From Heterodontus francisci (taxonomy: Eukaryota), in assembly GCF_036365525.1 (NCBI RefSeq), contig NC_090377.1, forward strand, positions 84,974,024 through 85,038,023: DNA of 64,000 bases. The letters are read 5' to 3'. Position 1 is the first letter of the stretch. Every line of letters begins with the position of its first letter. Of the stretch, positions 58,665 to 64,000 are shown piece by piece. Position numbers and translations under genes: made by a program. Under the pieces are notes generated by a model. The model worked only from the letters and a program-made list of their open reading frames with translations, searched no databases and was not told the origin of the DNA.

Positions 58665-60474
58665 CAACAAAACTGTGACACCTTCTTCCCCACAACCCCA
58701 CCAGCAGAGTGGCAAAGTGCCACTACAAAATACCAATAACTCTGTGGGACAAATTCAGGGAGCTCTGTAAATGATGAGAGTGCCTGTCCCTCTTATGCAA
58801 ATAACTCCTTCCCTGGGATTTGGAATGGGTCACTGCCAGGGGAGTCTTAGCCCTTGCACTTCTGGTGGTACAGGTGCTTAACTGGAATTTGTTTTCCATC
58901 TCATGAGATGTATAGTGTTGTGTTAGTCAAGATGATGGCCAAATGTTTGCTTAGATGCTCGAAGCTGCTGCTGCAGCAGAAGGTGACATGGGACATTAAA
59001 GGTGTGGAAAAACCCTAAGATCAAGAAGCTCCCAGCTTTCTAGGCTTGTCCAGAAGGCGGAGACAAAGGTACAGGCATGGGGTCTGAGTTGGATGGAGAG
59101 GAGGCCTCTACTAGGCCCTCATTCTCCATTAACAGAAATGTGATCTTATTGTTGCTATCTTAGGACTACTGTTATCTTTTTCCAGCTGGTCCTGGGGAGT
59201 TATCCATGAGCTAGCAGAAGTTGGTCCAGGGGTCCAGCAAAGGTGCATAATAACCTTAGATCTTAGTGGTGTACATCAGTAGATCAGTGGACCATCAGGG
59301 GAGTGAGGAGCAGTGTGAGTGATACCCAAGCGAAACAGCAGTGAAGTCCAGGGCAGGGTGGAACGTACATCTACGGAATCAATGAAGTTGAGGGAGTGTG
59401 TCCGAGGAATAGGTGTAAGGCCGTAAAGACCATACAAGATCAGGAGCAGCAGTAGCAGCTTGAGGCGCTAGTCCAAGACAGTTCAGTGAAGGGTGATGAG
59501 GAGTTCTGAAGGATGAGAAGAGTAGAGCAGAGTCAGCAGTGACAGCACACTAATGGATTGCAGCAAAGCAAAGATTATTCAGGAGCATGGGAACAGAATT
59601 CAGAGCAGGATGTGAGCCAACAGGAATGTGTCAGGGCTAATTTAGTTTATAGTGAAAGGTACCATCAGATGAACTAAAACTTAGCCCACAAAAGCCTATC
59701 AGGTAGTACGGTAGAGCAGCCCAGAAGAGAGAACAATCTCAGTAGAAAGCGATGACAAAGGTCGAGATCACAGCAAAACTCAGAAGCAGTGAAGAAGCGG
59801 AATTTGGCCCAGCAGAAAGTGAATTTCTGCCCAAGACCCAAAACAGCAGCAGAGTAAACCCAAGAAGCCCACAATAAACTGCAGTACAATCCTGAAGCCC
59901 AGCAAATAACATAAGCAGCGATATGGGGAACTTCAGGCTGGAACAAGTTACTTTCGGTTGCAGAGACTGAGTGACACAGTCTCAGCAGCTGAGGTACGTG
60001 GTGCAGTCAAGCAGAACAACACAAGCCTGGTGGCAGAGGAGTCAGGAAATCAAAGTTAAGCAGAGTCATCAAAGGTGAGCATTTCTCACTTTTAAATGAA
60101 TTGAATAACATGTATATTTAAATTTTTTATGAGCGATGTAATTCATCATTTAACTGTGTTAATAATTTGCTATCTACCTTTGTTTGATTAACATTTGAAA
60201 ACCTGTTATACACACATTTTGAGAAGTGAGCTTAATGTATTCTAAGATATTTAAATAGTTAAAGAACTGAATACATTTATGAGGGAGATTACCTCAATGT
60301 GCTATTTGTAATAAAATCACAAGCCTATTCCTTATAAATGGGTTAATGGTTTTACAATATCTAATATATCATGTACAGAAAATACCCTTTCCTTAGCTGC
60401 TTATCGAAAGTTACAAGTTGACTCTAATATTGGACCAAACCCATTCTTTTCCGTTTCACTATAATTCATTATAC

Positions 60475-61276
60475 TATCAGGCAAACCCCCCGCCTACCAA
60501 GACTGAGGCACACATTATTTTGCCACATGAACATTAAGACTTAAAATTGCAAGCCCTGACTGGAAGGACATTTGCATAGTACTAGCAGTGTTGGAACAAT
60601 GGGGATCCAGTTGCTGCTTCCTCAATACACAGAAGAAATGGTCAGACCAGTTTTAGACACATGACTAACTAGCTGCTGCAGAGAATTTGAACTTCCAACA
60701 AAGGATTTTGAACTCAGACAAAGCTGTATGCTCATAGAGTAATGATCTCTCCTGGAACTGAAGCAGGAATTACTGCCTCTCCTGTCTGCCTGCTTCCATC
60801 GCCTTCCCACAGAACTGAATCTTGTGAAAACATGTGAAACTCAAAGAGAGACAGGTTTCCTATGTGAACAAGGTTTTAAGAAGACTACTGGGCCCCAAAC
60901 AAAAAGCAAGACTACTTACAAAAGGACTACAGTGAGCTCGAAGCACCGTAACAAGATATTGCCTCAAACCCCTCTCTACTATATTTTCCTCTTCTCTTTT
61001 CTGTCCCTATCGGCATGTGATATCATGTGTGCATGCTAGCATGGGTGCATCGTATACCCATAGGCGTGAACCGTATTAGAGTTTAAGTTTTAATAAAATT
61101 TCATCTTTCTTCTTTAAACCAGAGAAAGCCTGTGTGAATTGGTTTCTTTGTCTTATAATTGGAAAACTGTGAACAGGGATTCACAAAAAGGGAGCTCAAA
61201 ACACAGTGTGTTTAAAATTAAGACCAGGTGAAGATAGTAACAGACCCCAATAAACATTTCTTACTTGGTCGTAACA
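60475..61276 (+). mobile_element. Solo LTR related to the 45863 LTR family
   Basis: TATCAGG (TG mutated)..GTAACA termini, ATAC TSD (60471-60474 / 61277-61280), AATAAA near 61092; reverse-complement similarity to 45863-46774. Confidence 0.82.
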
Positions 61277-62184
61277 ATACTAAAAAATGTCCAATGAAAT
61301 TGTTTGAAGTGTAAAACTGAGAGTGCTAAATAAAGAAATGAAGATTGCAATTTAAAAAATAGTAAAGTGTAGGCTGTTTGTGGTTTAAAGGTCTGATTCC
61401 ATTCAAATTTTGCTAAACTAATCAATTCCAATCCCCAAAGCGATTTCATAAATATTGTGCACATAATAAATGATTTTGCTTCATTAAAACCTACTTTCAT
61501 TTTCAGAATATGTGGGATTGTGCATAATGACTCATTTCTCTCAAACACTTAAGCTTTTTACTTGTTTTCCAACATATCTGCTTGTTTGGCTGGAGGGACA
61601 TGAACAGTCAAACTTGAGATTTATTCATTTTTGATCAGTGTGTTATGAACATCTAAGACAATATATAAAATAATAAAATATTCAAATTCAATGAAATGAT
61701 TAAAATCTATGCAGAATGGATGAAATTAAAAGAAAAATTCTCCCACAAATTCTTACAATCACTAGACAGAGAAAAGTTATCCATGATTTTCTAAAACCAT
61801 TTTAAGTAAAATGTAGAGGTGTGTGTTTCAAAGTTAAATGCTTTTTCAAGGTCAAAGGGTCTAAGTTACAAATTGATGAGCTATTATGCATGTCTGCAGT
61901 TTGCCATGATGATATTAATAATATGTAGGTAGAAAGAGTCATAAAAATTCCATTTAAAGTATTAAAGCACACTCCAAGGATTAATCAGGTTAAATTTCAC
62001 TGCCAATTTACTTCAGGCATCACCTTAATTTAACTGAAATTTTGAACTGTATAAATTGCACAATATCAGGGTTACATTTGTATTTAGCACAAAATTTAAC
62101 TTAATTGAAACCATTTTTTACTTTGAACAGCAATCCTCACAGCTTGTGACTTGTGAAACGTAATGAACAAAAAACTGGATTATT

Positions 62185-64000
62185 GGGCTGAATTTTACCA
62201 GCCCCTAGATGCCTGGATCGTGGTGTGTGGGCCGGTAAAATTCTGCGGGGAGAGGCCCACCATATGGTGGTGGCAGCCCAACTAGAATATGTTAAACAGT
62301 ACTTACCTCTGCAAATTATGCATCCCGCAGCCTCTTCATGGACACTTACTGATTTTACTTTGAACAGGCGGCCGTCACATGCTGTCCCATTCATGATTAG
62401 AAAAGCCGGCGGGTCATCGGAGACAAAAGGTTTCGCGACAGAAGGTAAGTTCTGTTTTCAGGGGTCTCACTCTGCATTCTTAAAGGGAGGAGGGAGGGGG
62501 GATTACAGGGATTTCACTCTGCATTCTTAAAGGGAGGAGGGAGTGGGGGATTACAGGGGTCGCACTCTGCATACTTGGGGGGGGGGGGAACTCAGGGGTC
62601 TCACTCTGCATACTGAAAAGGAGGAGGGGGGATTACAGGGGTCGCAGCTCTGCATTCTTAAAGGTAGGAGGGAGGGGGTCTGGGATTACTGGAGGGAAAG
62701 CTCTGCAGGCTTGAAGGGAGGTACTGTGTACCCTCCCTCCATAAACAGTGTATGCTCTGCATTTGTCTGTTTGTGAAGGAGCAATGGCACACTAGACACC
62801 CTGTGTTTGGGGAGGGTGCCAGAAAGGGCAGGAGCATTAAGATTATATGGATGGTGGGGGCAATCGATTCAGCTGGTAGGATCTTGATGTGGTCATGCTG
62901 TGCCAGTCTGAGTGTTGGCTAAGATGGGCAATGCCATGGCACGCCACATAGTTGATCCATGAAAGCAGCTGATGTACCCGTCACCACCAATCCCTGCCCT
63001 GTTAGGAACCTTCGAATACATGAAGGGTACAACTTTATTTCTCACATGGAAATAGGTATGGCCCATCCTACATTGTGTGACCCTCTGCTCCTGAGGATCC
63101 ATATGCACCAGAGGCAAAATCAACAGGCAGATGCGATCCACGGAGAGGCCCCAGGTCGTGAGCAGCAGCCCCCAAGGGGAGCCCGCCATTACGATTGCTG
63201 TGCAACTACAGGCCACACATGACATGCCATCGGATGTCAGAGCACCAGTTTCAGAGGAGATTGTGCATATAGAGAGGGTGGTGACACGTCTCTGTGCTCT
63301 GCTCAAAGAGGACCTGCAGCCCATGAGCTTCGGTGGACATCTTATGCCTTTGCTCCTCATAGTGGCAGTGATTCTCAAGCTTGGCACCTATGCAGCTTTT
63401 CAGGGGCCCACCAGTGACCTTTGTGGGGCCACAAGTCAGCAGTGCACCGCCTCATCAGGGAGGTCACCAATGCCCTGCACCGCTTCAGAACGGACTCTCA
63501 AAGCCAGGCCCAGTGGGCCATCGGTTTCGGCACCTTTGCCAGAGAACCATAGGTTGTAATGTTCATAGACTGCACTCATGTGGCCATCAGGCCTCCCGCA
63601 AGGCTACCTCCTGCAGACGTCACCATTAAAGGAGCTCTCTCAATCTAGGTGAAGCTGGTATGTGATCACCGCAGATGCTTCATGCAAATCTGTGACTGCT
63701 TCTCAGGCAGCTGCCATGACACCTGGGACCTGCGTCAGTCCCGGCTGCCACTGCAGTTCACTGAACTGGGGCAGATGGAGGAGTGGCTTTTTGGAGATAA
63801 TGGCTATCCTTTGCAGACATGGCTCCCGACACCAGTTAGAGACTCCACCACTGCTGCAGAGGAGAGATACAATGCCAGCCACTGAGCTACAAGAGCCACC
63901 ATTGAGTAGAAGATCGGCATGCTGAAAAAGCGCTTCCAATGCCTGGATGGATAGAGTGTTGTCCTGTACTATGGGCTGAAAAGGCCAGCTCCTTTCTTTG
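62185..64000 (+). pseudogene. PIF/Harbinger transposon left end with degenerate HARBI1-like transposase (runs off the window)
   Basis: TIR GGGCTGAATTTTAC preceded by ATT; IDCTHVAIR (~63565), LVCDH..GSCHD, GDNGYPLQTWL, YNASH..KKRFQCLD with stops and frameshifts. Confidence 0.85.
62460..62690 (+). repeat. G-rich minisatellite, ~40-48-bp unit, about 5 copies
   Basis: GGGTCTCACTCTGCATTCTTAAAGGGAGGAGGGAGGGGGGATTACA variants. Confidence 0.8.

Noticed and set aside
59170-60212. Possible solo LTR
   Set aside because: TG..CA-like ends but no matching TSD or partner copy in the window.
63131-64000. Domesticated HARBI1 gene
   Set aside because: Stops, frameshifts and an upstream TIR indicate a decayed transposon copy.

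Overview
Vertebrate genomic DNA, very probably from a cartilaginous fish (shark). The evidence is V-SINE/HE1-type SINEs, Deu-domain SINEs, CR1, L2 and RTE LINEs, and short Penelope-derived hammerhead elements. Most of the window is nested transposable elements: three multi-kb Ty3/gypsy elements (7412-16067, 45863-50067, 51991-57749), a Gmr1-like element with a composite LTR (30198-37527), at least four solo LTRs with 4-bp TSDs, PIF/Harbinger transposase remnants and MITEs, and a palindromic hAT MITE. Nearly all long ORFs in the supplied track are TE-derived or antisense shadows. Reading splice signals by eye shows that the TEs lie in introns of a minus-strand host gene missed by the ORF track. 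Seven small exons (51450 down to 1573) form a mostly phase-consistent chain, and the C-terminal part faintly resembles the helical lobe of OAS/cGAS-type nucleotidyltransferases (unverified). The most unusual structure is a tandem array of about 10 tRNA-Pro primer-binding-site/LTR-junction units (35939-36295) that decays away from the LTR. Also notable are minimal hammerhead-ribozyme motifs in short TSD-flanked or inverted-repeat elements. All family assignments come from motif recognition only; no database searches were run.
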